This document shows positions 63,011 through 64,000 of a stretch of DNA of 64,000 nucleotides, in pieces. The translations under genes and the position numbers were made by a program. Under the pieces are notes generated by a model that made no database searches, had not been told where the DNA came from, and worked only from the letters and a program-made list of their open reading frames with translations. The stretch comes from Salpingoeca rosetta (taxonomy: Eukaryota; Protista; Choanoflagellata). Position 1 is the stretch's first letter, and the number at the start of each line of letters is the position of its first letter. The stretch spans positions 3,118,881 through 3,182,880 of the forward strand of contig JAWQFM010000001.1 of NCBI GenBank assembly GCA_033442325.1, in the 5' to 3' direction.

Positions 63011-63665
63011 GACAGGTTCATGCAGCTGCTGGTGCGGATTGAGACGTCGTTTTGGATCAGCGGAATTGCGCCCTTCAGTGCTGAGGAAATGGTGCGGCCG
63101 CGCCGCTGCTTTGCGCTCACGCTCATGCCTCAGCTACAGACACAAACACACCACGCGCTGACTGCTGGTCTCTGTCATTTGTATCCTCACAGGCGATCCA
63201 GCACTCATGTTTCACTTTCCACACATTTTCCCACTCATATCAACCAATCGCTCCCTCGATCATGCCTCCCTTCCCTGCTCCACATCCACTCGATGCACAT
63301 GCCAGGCGCTACTGGCGTATCTTGACTCTGAGGTTGAGCTTGAGTCTGGACAGAAGGTAACACGAACCCGCGAACACGCGAACACGCGAACCCGCGAACA
63401 TGCGAACATGCGAGCGCAGACGGAGGAAGAAGTTGCGACACTTGATGCCGTTGTTTGATGTGCGCTGGCCATCATGGCTGTTGGTGAGACTGCCCCACAC
63501 CTATTCACGCCTCCTGCTGCTCTGCTGCTGGCTGCATTGCATGGCAGGCGCTGTGTGGAGATGTGCCCGAGCTGAAGATCCTCACGATGGCCGGTAATGA
63601 ATGTCTCTGCAAGCACATGCACGTCTACAACTGCCGCAGTTGCACATGCGAACGAGCATCCGACT

Positions 63666-63737
<72 letters not shown>

Positions 63738-64000
63738 CACACACATGCATACAACATGTCGTGCCTGTTGCTCACGTCCACTCACGCTTGTGCCCCTGTG
63801 TACGTGCGTTTGTCCCGTGTTCGTATGTGCAGCGCTTGAAGTGAGCAGCAGCGATCTTGCTGTCGAGGATTACGACAAGTTCAGGGTGAGCCTCTCTTGT
63901 TACAGTACTGCCTGTACGGCCAGTGATTCATGCCGCTGTGCGGTTTTGGTGTGCGTGTGTGTGTACGTGGTTGATCGTGGTTGTGCGTTGCGTACGATTG
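59240..64000 (+). CDS. VPS41: HOPS complex subunit Vps41 (5' part, many short exons, runs off the right edge)
   Basis: Acidic N-terminus, then ELPRLTFYKL, FAILGTDLGSIHILD, ISIDRYGDFVATGADDGKV, SVAIDP, LHSGEGCVSIVRWRGPYVAWANDIGVKLYD, CRLSWKDDKTLLMGWAD and FWISGIAPF. These match the Vps41 WD40 region. The start could be at 59240 or 59276. Confidence 0.93.

Overview
Intron-rich, GC-rich eukaryotic genomic DNA full of (CA/GT)n microsatellites, with three N gaps. Gene content (an animal-type receptor tyrosine kinase, a Niban-like protein, a FAS1 protein) and sequence style suggest a choanoflagellate such as Salpingoeca; this is an inference. About 13 protein genes were read by splicing exons by hand: PAF1 (-, partial), PRP8 (+, 10 exons), a secreted PAN/FAS1 mucin-like protein (-), a large coiled-coil protein (+), a Kelch/EGF receptor TKL kinase (-), RagA (-), TAF7 (+), an unknown repeat protein (-), a Niban-like PH protein (+), an Asteroid-like PIN protein (-), a Venus-flytrap receptor tyrosine kinase with three apparent frame lesions (+), EME1 (-), RPS17 (-) and VPS41 (+, partial). 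The main finding is a 600-nt, 200-aa in-frame mini-intein (Cys...His-Asn/Ser, no homing endonuclease) in PRP8 at the WEKA/SGFEE site. Also notable are a 13-nt PRP8 microexon, introns bracketed by complementary (GT)n and (AC)n tracts, and two unusual receptor-kinase architectures. All family assignments come from motif recognition, not database searches.
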